From Rozella allomycis CSF55 (lineage: Eukaryota), in assembly GCA_000442015.1 (NCBI GenBank), contig KE560523.1, positions 1 through 64,000 of the forward strand: 64,000 nt of DNA, written 5' to 3'. The translations under genes were made by a program, and so were the position numbers. This document shows, piece after piece, positions 29,660-40,020 of the stretch (position 1 is its first letter; each line of letters opens with the position of its first letter). The notes beneath the pieces are model-generated. The model worked only from the letters and a program-made list of their open reading frames with translations, was not told where the DNA came from and did not search any database.

Positions 29660-30566
29660 ATGCAACCTAGATTGAAAAAATTAGTTGAATCGCTTAACAA
29701 AATTGCTCCGATTTCCTTGGCTGACCTCTCTTGGGATAATGTAGGATTGTTGATAGAGAGTCCAGTTTTGGTTAACACTGGAGTTTCAAAAGTTCTTGTG
29801 ACAAATGATCTGACTTTAGAGGTTTGCCAGGAAGCTATCCGAAAAACAGCAAACTTTATAGTGACATATCATCCAGTGATTTTTTCACCTATGAAGAGAA
29901 TAGTTTTGGGACACTCTGCTTGCCAAACTATTACGTCATTGTGCTTGGCTAACAACATATCTGTTTTTTCACCGCACACGGTATTAAAAATTATATCTAT
30001 TAAAATAGTCTCTAGATTCAGTGAAGCATGGTGTGAATGACTGGCTAATTCAAAGTGCATTAAGTGAGGACCCGGTGCTTGTAAAGCCGATTGTTCCTAA
30101 TTCTGAAAACGTTAATCAAGGAATGGGTAGAATAGCTCATTTACACACGCCGCAAAAAATTAAAGACATATTGCAACGCTTGAAGTTGGCAGTGGGTGTT
30201 AAACATTGTAATTATATTTTAGAAGAGTAAACAATAGTGCGTGTCTCAGTATCAAAGAATCATCAGATTGAAGATGAAATAATTAATGGGATAGCTGTTT
30301 GTGCTGGTTCAGGAGGATCATTGTTTAAAAAGATAGAGGACGGAGATTTGGAAAAGGTTGATTTACTCATCACTGGAGAAATGAGCCATCATGATATATT
30401 AAGCTGGAGATTCAAAGGAAAATCTGTCATTCTTTGTGAACATTCAAATTCAGAGCGTGGATTTCTGAAGAATGTTTACGCAAAAAGAATCCAAGAACTA
30501 TTACCTTCCGACGAATTTACAGTTGAATATAGCGAGGACGATCATGAGCCTATTCAAATAATTTAA
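29660..30566 (+). CDS. NIF3: NIF3 / GTP cyclohydrolase I type 2 family protein
   Basis: SWDNVGLLI, YHPVIF, SPHTSLD, AVCAGSG, ITGEMSHH, EHSNSERGFL. Confidence 0.95.
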
Positions 30567-30590
30567 AAACTAAAATATAATTTATTTCAC

Positions 30591-30866
30591 ATTTCATAGC
30601 ATTTTTGACATGTAAGGTCCATCTAATTCGTATCCCAACTTTCTGTAATAATGCCTTGTTCCTACACCTGCTATTACAGCAAGTTTCTTTGATCCATGCT
30701 CGTCTCTAGCAATTCTTTCTGCTTCNCCATTTCATAGCATTTTTGACATATAAGGTCCATCTAATTCGTAACCCAACTTTCTGTAATAATGCCTGGTTCC
30801 TACACCTGCTATGACAGCAAGTTTCTTTGATCCATGCTCGTCTCTAGCAATTCTTTCTGCTTCTTC
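30591..30866. repeat. Diverged ~135-bp duplicate across a single N (probable allelic assembly join); the same pattern occurs at N5500, 6809, 10779, 15902, 37500, 42385, 46515, 58745 and 60628
   Basis: The two copies flank N30726 and differ only at four synonymous third positions of ELP3. Confidence 0.85.
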
Positions 30867-32526
30867 CATTAATAAGGTTCCGAATCCCTTAGATTAACAC
30901 ATTGAATCTTTTATACTTGATGTTGAAACTTAACAGGGTCTCTGCTGTGAAGTGGAACGACACTTCCATAAACGTGCAATTCACGAACAACAGAGCAAGC
31001 CCCTTGTAATTCTGGTCTAAATGTAGCATCCCCACATTTTCGGAGTCGTAAAAGACCAATTAGAATATCTTGTTGTGGATCTTCATATGAGAGAAAAGTT
31101 TCCCATCCATTATTAGCCGCATAGTCACGTCGAATTAATTCCACTTGGTCAGGTTTCACCTTGTGATGAATATCTTGAATGCCTTGTTTCAATACTCTCT
31201 AATTCTTACCAACTTCGCGCGTTCTCACATCTCTACAAGTCGATCCAAGATCTCTCATCCTCTCTAAAGCTAATTCTCTCAGGTTGCCATGTTCAACTCC
31301 AGAAGTAACCAAAGGCATTGGAATATCTCGTTGAACACGATAAATTCTCATCCAAGGTGGAACCATGGCTAGAATTTTCGCTATTAAATCAACAAGAGCA
31401 TTAGGAGAATAATTTTTATATCTTCCTGTCCTCCATAATTCATACAATCCAGTTCCTCGAATTACAAGGGTCGGGTAAAGCTTTAAGCCATCAGGCCTAA
31501 AATCAGGATTCTCAAAGAATTCCTTAAATTGTTCTAAATCTCTTTCCATTCCAACGTTAGGTAAGTCAGGCATCATGTGAGCTACAATCTATAAATAATT
31601 TTACTTATATATTCCTACTTTATAACCAGCGTCTTTAGTAAGTTGAAAGCATTCTATCACCGATTTGACAGTATGCCCTCTGTTAGTGTCTCTGGCAACA
31701 TCTTCATAAACAGATTGCACACCAATCTCCAATCGAGTACATCCATATCTTAACATTTGGGAAATATGTGGCTTCAAACAATAATCAGGACGTGTCTCAA
31801 TTGTTATCCCGATACATTTTGTTTTGCTTTGCTCAGAAAATCTTATAATTACACAAATCAAAATCTATTACTTGACGGCTTCGTCGACATTTCTAGATAC
31901 ATGCCCTGATAAGGAATCATGAAGGTTTCGCATAAAATAATCTCGATAATCTTCTGAAAGGCACATAAAAGTCCCTCCCATAACAATAAACTCTACCTTG
32001 TCAACTGTATGTCCAAGCGATTCAAGTTGGTCAACACGTTGTCTAGCTTGTTCATAAGGATCATATCTAGCTCTGATTGCTCTCATTGAAGTGGGTTCAT
32101 AGCCAGTATAGGATTGGGTGGAATAATCAAAATCGGAGTCCGGACCCCCGGGACAATACACACATATATTTCCAGTCATAGCAATGTGGGGGCATCTATG
32201 CGGTTTTGACATAACAGCAACAACGGCTATACCACTGGCCGTTCTAATAGGTTTTGCTTTCAATCTTTTTCATCTATATAAAACACTTACTTGGGTAAAA
32301 GCACAGTTTTATAATTTTCTGGTATTGCTGCAATAATATCAACAAGTTTTGGTTGTGTTGGTAATTTGTATTGTCTAGAAACACGGGATTTCACTCCATT
32401 CAAGTTTACATCGCGATTTTCTTTGTGGGCTTTTATAAGTTCAGAGACAATATCTGAACATGCTCGCACAAGCTTAGTAGCACAGACATTTTCTGTGTTA
32501 TTTTTCTTGTATAATTTACCTTTCAT
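30594..32526 (-). CDS. ELP3: Elongator complex protein 3 (radical SAM / acetyltransferase)
   Basis: [50 protein letters not shown]; 3' end duplicated across N30726. Confidence 0.98.
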
Positions 32527-32596
32527 TTTTTGTTGTGGCTAGGTTGGCGTGAAACATTATTGCAAAATATATATTTTAAACGATTATAACGAGTTT

Positions 32597-33385
32597 TTAT
32601 TGTAAGAGATTCCAATTAGGACTTGGCGATTGATGAAGCCAATTGAAATCTTGAATTCTATTCCAACAGTTTCGTTCCTTTGCAAAGTTTGATATTTTGT
32701 AATCTTCCTCTATATTGGGGTACTCATAAATATATTTCCCAAAGCCTAAATCTTTGCAGTCTTCAATAATTATATCACTCATAGTATGAACAAAAAAATT
32801 AGTCAAGTGAGTATCATGTATTCTAATCTGATGACTAGCAATGTTCAGTTCTGAATTGTAGCATTTCTCCACAAAAGCTGAGCCAGATATAGGCCCAGTA
32901 TATATTTTGCAGTCTTTGACATTTATTATTCGTAGAGCTGAGAGAGAAGAATTTAGATAAACCTTGCATGAACTCAAATTTTGAATTGTATAATCTTTTC
33001 CTGTTTGATTCGAAATTACAATTGTTTCATCACGCTTATCATGCAAATTAACTTGCTTTAAACTGTTTAATGGCAATACGTCACTTCTTTCTGATTTATT
33101 ACAAGTTTCTGCTGGACGCTCTTTTTTCACATTTCCGCGGTTGAACAATATTTTAGGCTTTGAAACGGTACTTTTTTCCAAAGATTCGGATAGTGTTTTC
33201 AGTTGTAACGTGTATTGTCTATGATCGTAGGCTGGAATAAAGGCTAATGCTTCTACCGTCTTGTTCTGTAGGATATTTAGCAAATCCTTGGCTTTTCGAA
33301 GCTCTTTTTTATCCATGGCATCTTTTATAACTGCTATTTTATCTTGGAACTCGTCGAAGTACAATTTCGCTGCATCACTCAACAT
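32597..33385 (-). CDS. TBCC: Tubulin-specific chaperone C
   Basis: IPAYDHRQY, GPISGSAFVE, ASHQIRIH, IIEDC, WNRIQDFNWL..PSPNW. Confidence 0.92.
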   Translation of the reverse strand: MLSDAAKLYFDEFQDKIAVIKDAMDKKELRKAKDLLNILQNKTVEALAFIPAYDHRQYTLQLKTLSESLEKSTVSKPKILFNRGNVKKERPAETCNKSERSDVLPLNSLKQVNLHDKRDETIVISNQTGKDYTIQNLSSCKVYLNSSLSALRIINVKDCKIYTGPISGSAFVEKCYNSELNIASHQIRIHDTHLTNFFVHTMSDIIIEDCKDLGFGKYIYEYPNIEEDYKISNFAKERNCWNRIQDFNWLHQSPSPNWNLLQ

Positions 33386-33418
33386 TGGAAATTTTGCGAA
33401 TTCATAATCGACTCCTAC

Positions 33419-35369
33419 ATGCAAGAAACTAGAAATTGCATTGATTTCAAATACAGTCTGGTTGATTTAATGAAGTCACATGGTGTCCCAGTTACTAAAT
33501 CAGAAGAATTTGATGAAATCCTTCTAAAATTGGATGATTTTCTCAAGGCGGCTTTCAGAAATTTAAAGATTTACAAATCTCGCTATAAAGCATTACTAAA
33601 ATCGGCAAATATTGATGACGACTCGCATCCCGTAATTCATGTTGCTGATGAAATTGAAAAAGAAAAGGAGAGAGAAATAAATTCAATGGAGGAAGATTTA
33701 ATTATACCAATATTCAGAAGATGCATTGCAACACAGTCTGAAAATGATGAGACAATAGTCCAGCAATATCAAGTATGCAATTCACTCATTTCTGTTCAGT
33801 CTCAGATCAGAGAATTATCGGAAAAGATAATTGGTCTGGAAGGTCAATTGAAGTCTCAGAATATTTTTTTTCAAAAAAATCTAGAAAATAAAGAGAAACA
33901 ACTCGATATATTAAATTCAAAATTGAAGGAGTCCGATAAGGATAGAGGTAAACTTTAGTTTCAAATGATTTAGCGAATATCAATGTTCAAACGGATGAAA
34001 TAGAATGTGAAAATAAAATTGATGAAATGAAAAATGAATTAAGAAGCCTTCGGGAATCAAATAACAGAATCAATGCCGAATTGGTAAATCAAACATTATT
34101 CTTAAATGAGGAACAATTGGTTAATGATCAAGCTAGCAATGTTAACTTAATAAATGATATTGCGATCGGTTTAGAAAAGTTTGTTGAAAGCGATGGCGAG
34201 TTTGGTCATCTCTTCCAAGTTATTCAACTCTTTAATATTTGCATACCCATTGATTTCGATATAAATAGAAAATATTCAAAATACAGGCAATTACGCGATC
34301 AATACAGTCAAACAGACTGCGAAGCATTTCGTTCCACTTCAACACAAACGATTTTTGCTGAACAGCAATGTCGTGAATGCAAAAATTTTGAGATTCTTCG
34401 AAAAGAATTGGATTCACTTTCACTATATCTGCATTCCGAAAAATGTCAGCGGGAACAACTTGTGAAGTAATAACATCTATGTAAACTAATATAAGATCAA
34501 ATAAACATCAATTAAGAAAAACTTTATTGGAAAAAGAGTTTCTTGAGAGCAAAATAAAGAAATTTGAATTGCAAAGTTTGGAATTAAGTAATTATAGTCA
34601 AAGGGTTTTGCAATTGGAGGCGTCCATGAAGAAGAAGAAAAATGATTTAGAGCAGAAAACAGAATTAATTAAAATGCAGAAAGATAAAATAAAACATTTG
34701 GAGGATCATATTTCTTCAATGGAATCCGAAATGAGTGATCTGAAAAAAGTAGATCTAAACAATAAGTAACATGCATTTACGATATTCGAAAGACAACTGA
34801 TTTTAATCAAAGAACACAAATTGCGTATCGCTTCAAAAAATCTGGCAACCTTTAACAAAATGGAAGAAAATGAGTTAGATTTCAAAAATCAGATTGATAA
34901 CTTAAATGACGAAATTCAATCATTAAAAAAGACATTGTCAATAAAAGAACAATTAATGAAAAATGTATAATGCATTTTTTTGATTTATTAGGGTTGTCCT
35001 GGGTGTCGAAAATTGAAAGATGAATTAGATGTAATAAATAAAACATTGGAAGACCACACTAATAAAAGAAAGAAAGAGGTCTTAAAACTTAATCGTGAAA
35101 TCAAAGTATTGAAAGAAATGCACAAGTTTCAAGACCATAATAAAGAGAATAAATCATGCCAAATTTCAGGGCCGAAGAGTTCTACAAACAATGATAAAGG
35201 AAAATCAAATTTTGGCGGGAGAAAAGTCCTTTTGGATACTTCTACATTTGGAGAAATGACTCAAATTTACACCCAGGTAAACCTAAAAAAATTTCAAAAT
35301 AAGTTATTTCAAGCAACGGAACGGGAAGCTGAAGAGTTTTTAATGCCTTCGATTGACATACTCTATTAA
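33419..35369 (+). CDS. Long coiled-coil protein of unknown function
   Basis: E/K/L-rich heptad ORFs joined by mini-introns; start codon uncertain (33419 or 33470). Confidence 0.6.
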
Positions 35370-35402
35370 TAAATTTTTTACCATACTACCCTTGCACTAT
35401 AA

Positions 35403-36596
35403 ATGATAAAGATAGGAACACATTCTGGCAAGTACCTTTAAATATTTGAAATAACAGATTTCATGCTGATGAAGCTTTGGCTTGTTTCTTTTTGAAATCT
35501 CTTCCTGAATACGCCTCAGCAAGTAATTTTGCGCGATTATCAAAAGACTTAGCTATTGTAAGATCTAGAGACCCCACAGTCCACTCAACTATGGATGTAT
35601 TAGTAGATGTTGGCGGCATTTATGATCCCTCTACGTAAAAATATTCATAAAGGACTATAGTCATCGTTATGATCATCATCAACGAGAATTCAAAGATACA
35701 TTTTCTCAAAATCATTCGATTAAACTTTCTTCGGCAGGGCTTGTTTACAAGTAACATTAATTAGACCTCTTAAAAGGCATTTTGGTGAAAAAGTAATAGC
35801 CAATAGTCTAAACATTGACATTTGTGATGCACGTCTGAAAACGCTATATTTGAAGCTTTACAATGTAAATATTTTAACTTGGGATAAAAAAGTCATTTGT
35901 TATGCCACTGGACGCCATAGATAATGGTATTGAGTCCGTTCCAGAAGATGTTTTACCACTTTACAAGGATTCTACTACGCTGGCAGCGAGAATAGGTAGA
36001 TTAAATTCTAACTGGAACGAGCCGGATAATGTAATATATTGCGATTCTCTACATAAGGATGATGAAAGATTTCTTAAGGCTATTGATGTTGCCGGCGAAG
36101 AGTTTACTTCTCAATTGTTCTATTATGCCAACGCATGGCTTCCTGCCAGGGAACTTGTAGTAGAAGCGTTGAAAAACCGTTTTAATGTCCATGAAAGTGG
36201 GAAAATACTTTGCTTCGAGGTTTCTTGCCCATGGAAGGTATATAGTTTGTTTTGGGTAAAAAAGGAACATTTACTCACACTTGAAGAAGAGCTAAATATC
36301 GAAGACAAGCCATTTTATGTTCTTTATCCGGACAATTTACATGGACAATGGTAATTATTACTTGTATTCTGGATAGGCGTATCCAAGCCATTCCAATTAG
36401 AGAAGGCTCATTTTTAAACCGTTGCCCTCTGCCAGAAAATTGGAGAGGCCTTCGATTTGACGATCTTGACAAAATAACAAGTATTGAAGGGGGTGTTTTT
36501 GTTCATGCCAGCGGTTTCATAGGAGGACACAAAACTAAAGATGGGGCTCTTCAACTTGCTATTTTAGCATCTAGAATGAAAGACAATAAACATTAA
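35403..36596 (+). CDS. MYG1: MYG1 exonuclease
   Basis: IGTHSGKFHADEALAC, VDVGGIYD, YDHHQR, LSSAGLVY, DAIDNG, FVHASGFIGG; 8 mini-introns. Confidence 0.95.
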
Positions 36597-36657
36597 ATAA
36601 AATTTGTGAACCTATTTTCTTACAGGGTCTATTCTTTGTAGTTTAGAATTTTACTAA

Positions 36658-37981
36658 ATGCGATTTTCTCAGTCTTTCATTCGTTTTGTCATTTCCTCAT
36701 TATGTCAGCAACAAGGCTTTGATAGAATATCAGTTTCCGCATTGAATATATTAAGCGACTTATTTGTACATTATTTTGAAAGCCTAATAAAAACTTTGAA
36801 AAGATCTTCAGAAGACCTGGATCAAAGGACAGTGCCGACAAATCAAGACATCTTAATAACATTTGAAATAGTTTTGAAGGATTTACAAATGAATTTGAAA
36901 GAGTTGTCGGTTTTTGCACTCTCGCAACCCTCAATACCATACATATTTGCGATTAAAAGTATAGAAGAAACGGCTAAAGTTGAGAAATATATAAACAAGT
37001 GTCCAGTAAGCAAGGAGGGAGTAATTCCAATATCGTTTCCACCATTTCCCCAGAATTTAAACGTAGAGTTTTACCAGCGTTGTGAAGATGAAGAAAATAT
37101 TGAATCATACTTTATTTATTTGAATTGTAGTGAAATAGAAGAATTTTACACGATTGAGGATCTTTCAGACGATAAACTACGGAATCGTTGCGTAGAACTC
37201 AGTTCTTTTAAAACTGTTAATAACAAGTTAAAGGAAGAAAAAAGTAATATCGTTAACAATAGTGAAGAAATAAAGGAATCTAATAATCCGATGCCTTCAG
37301 TCGACCCAAGTCTACGGTTTAATCCTTTCACTTCACTTCACAGATTTAAGCCAAAGGCCTGCTCAAATTTACTTAAAAGATATATAAACCAACTTAAGGA
37401 CATTCAGCTGTCGATGAGCGTTGATGATTCGAATGACCTTGAAAGGCTGAGGATCAGCCCGAACGATGTTGTGAGACTACGACAATCGAATAAAAGTGAN
37501 GGATATTCAACCGTCGATGAGCGTTGATGATTCGAATGACCTTGACAGGCTAAGGATCAGCCCGAACGATGTTGTGAGACTACGACAATCGAATAAAAGT
37601 GAAAACACGCCATCTCCTTTAGATATGACCAAATTAATGTCTTCTATCGACATGCCACATTATTTTCCGGTGGTGCCACCCATACAACAACCTGTTGAGA
37701 GCATACCATGGGTTAATGAAGCTGCATCCTATACTAAATATACAGGACATGGGCTAGAAACGCTAGATGAAGTTTTTGGAAAAATGCGCGTAGCACCTTT
37801 AAATGAACCGAATCAAATCTCATCGATAAGGAAGAATAGAAACGCTATTAAAAGAAGTCAAGTATATTTTAATAAAGTACCTGTCAATGAAAACGAAAAG
37901 AAAGATGAACGTATAGATAATCAAAAATGTCAATCGAATGACACACCGATTGTAAAATTAAGGCTAGGGAATAAATTGTAG
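36658..37981 (+). CDS. Bromodomain-associated histone-fold protein, TAF8-like
   Basis: N-terminal GFDRISVSALNILSDLF histone fold, IPISFPPFP; the split into two ORFs is caused by the duplicate at N37500. Confidence 0.65.
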
Positions 37982-38164
37982 AATTCATTAATTCATTAAC
38001 ATTTTAAGTATTTTGCTATTTTCTATAATTAAATTTCTAAATTCTGAAAATAGAATGTTACTATTTTGGTTGACGCTTGTTTGTAGCCATTTTCACAATT
38101 TTTTTTCGTTAAATAAGAGTGTGTTTATATTATGAAGATAGATATCTGTGAAAAAGGATATTTA

Positions 38165-38230
38165 TCACGTGTATTTATTGAAAAAGGAAGCTAATTGAAA
38201 ATGACCGGGGTCACCCTTGTAGCTATAAAA
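38165..38230 (+). promoter_or_regulatory. Putative NTT promoter elements: CACGTG E-box, TGACC-GG-GGTCA palindrome, TATAAAA
   Basis: CACGTG 38165-38170, inverted repeat 38202-38213, TATAAAA 38224-38230 about 30 bp upstream of ATG 38261. Confidence 0.35.
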
Positions 38231-38260
38231 GCCTCCATTTTTTCTCAGCACCCCTGTCTG

Positions 38261-39994
38261 ATGTCTGCTATTGAAAAGTCTGCACCTGACGCTGTCAGGA
38301 AGCCAACCCTCAGAGAAAGGTTTTGGCCTATTGAAAGTCATGAACACAAGAAATTAGTTCCACTTATTTTGATGATGTTCTTGATCTGTTTTTCGTACAC
38401 TCTCTTGCGTGATTTGAAGGATGTTATGGTGTTGCAAATTGGAACATCCGAGTCTATTTCTTATATGAAGTTGGGAGGAGTATTGCCATCGTCTGTTATT
38501 TTTATGATGATTTTTACAAAGTTGTCTATCAAGAATACAAAGAAGTTTGTCTTTTACTCTATGTTATCTATCTTTATGGTTGTTTTCGGACTTATTTTGG
38601 TCTTGACCTTTTTTGGAGACCATGTTCACCCAGAACCAGGTTCTTTGACTAAAGGAGTTACTGGAGGATTATTGCCAGTGTTAGTTTTATTGGAAAAGTG
38701 GACTGTTGTTCCAATCTATATCTTTGCTGAAATGTACGGAACAGTTTGTTTGTCTTTGTTGTTTTGGGGATTTGCCAATGATATCTGTACTGTCAATGAA
38801 GCACGTAGATTTTATCCATTGATCAGTTTGTTTGCTAATGTTGCATTGGTTATTCTTATGTTTGTCATGGTTGGATTGAACGACTTTGTTAAGAACAGCA
38901 AGGATTTGTTTTGTCAAATTTCACTTGTCCTCGTCCTTGTCTTTGGTGCGATGGTTGCTTATATCTACAATTACATGCAAAAGAATGTTTTGACTGATCC
39001 AGTGTTGTACAACCCAGACTTGTTGAAGCCAAAGAAGAAGAAGGCTAAGATGGGAATGATTCAATCATTGAAGTTTGTTTTGTCTAGTGGATACGTTGCA
39101 AAGATTGCTGTTATTGTTGTTGCTTATGGTATGGTCATTAACTTTTTGGAAATCTACTACAAGAACGTTATCGGATTGTACTGGCTTGCTTCATTGGTTA
39201 CTGCTAAGGGTGTTGAATCTGGTCTTACTGGATTTATGGTTATTATTTTGTCTTTGAGCATTGGATCTACTGCTGTTAAGAGATTTGGATGGACCAAGAC
39301 TGCTTTGGTTACTCCTTTGATTATTGGAGGACTTGGAATTCCATTTTTGGGTATTGAATGGTACTACAAGCAACCTTTGATGGAAATGGGATCTCTCTTT
39401 GGTTCATTCAAGGGTGTTGATGGAAGAAAGTCAATCAGCGCTACCTACAAATTTATTAAAGACAAACCAGAAATTGTTAAAGAAATGATTGAATTGAAAT
39501 GGTTGACCGAAAGTGGTGAAAAGATTGACGGAATTAAATTCCCTGAAAAGAAACAACAAACTGAACAACAAAAGGAAACAATGAAGAAAATCGCTGATGT
39601 TATCGCTGATGAATTGACTGGACATGAAAGCTACAGCATTGTTACTCCAATTTACCTCTTTGGTTTCTTGGCTGTTGTCTTTGCTAAATCATTCAAATAC
39701 TCATTCTTTGATCCAACCAAGGAAATGGCTTACATTCCTTTAGATGATGAAGTTCGTGGTAAATCAAAGGCTGCTGTTGATGTCGTTGCTGCTCGTTTCG
39801 GTAAGTCCGGTGCTTCTGGTATCTTCGTTCTCTTCAACACTATCATCAATCCAAATTCATTGAACTATGTGTACATTATCCTTATTCTCTTTATCATTGT
39901 CTTTCTTTCCTGGATGTCCTCCACTGTTATGCTCGGTCGTGAGTTCAACAGACTCAACCAAAAGAAAAACGAAGTCCAAATGACTAAAGTTTAA
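38261..39994 (+). CDS. NTT: TLC/NTT family ATP/ADP nucleotide transporter
   Basis: Multi-TM protein with YTLLRDLKD, AEMYG..LSLLFWGFAND, EARRFYP, KYSFFDPTKEMAYIPLD, GKSKAAVDVVAARFGKSG; intronless. Confidence 0.96.
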   Translation: MSAIEKSAPDAVRKPTLRERFWPIESHEHKKLVPLILMMFLICFSYTLLRDLKDVMVLQIGTSESISYMKLGGVLPSSVIFMMIFTKLSIKNTKKFVFYSMLSIFMVVFGLILVLTFFGDHVHPEPGSLTKGVTGGLLPVLVLLEKWTVVPIYIFAEMYGTVCLSLLFWGFANDICTVNEARRFYPLISLFANVALVILMFVMVGLNDFVKNSKDLFCQISLVLVLVFGAMVAYIYNYMQKNVLTDPVLYNPDLLKPKKKKAKMGMIQSLKFVLSSGYVAKIAVIVVAYGMVINFLEIYYKNVIGLYWLASLVTAKGVESGLTGFMVIILSLSIGSTAVKRFGWTKTALVTPLIIGGLGIPFLGIEWYYKQPLMEMGSLFGSFKGVDGRKSISATYKFIKDKPEIVKEMIELKWLTESGEKIDGIKFPEKKQQTEQQKETMKKIADVIADELTGHESYSIVTPIYLFGFLAVVFAKSFKYSFFDPTKEMAYIPLDDEVRGKSKAAVDVVAARFGKSGASGIFVLFNTIINPNSLNYVYIILILFIIVFLSWMSSTVMLGREFNRLNQKKNEVQMTKV

Positions 39995-40020
39995 TTTAAA
40001 TTAATAAACTCATTTAAATC

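Noticed and set aside
37399-37600. Apparent ~100-bp tandem repeat and frameshift in the TAF8-like gene
   Set aside because: The copies flank a single N like the other joins; most likely an allelic assembly overlap, not a biological repeat or pseudogene.
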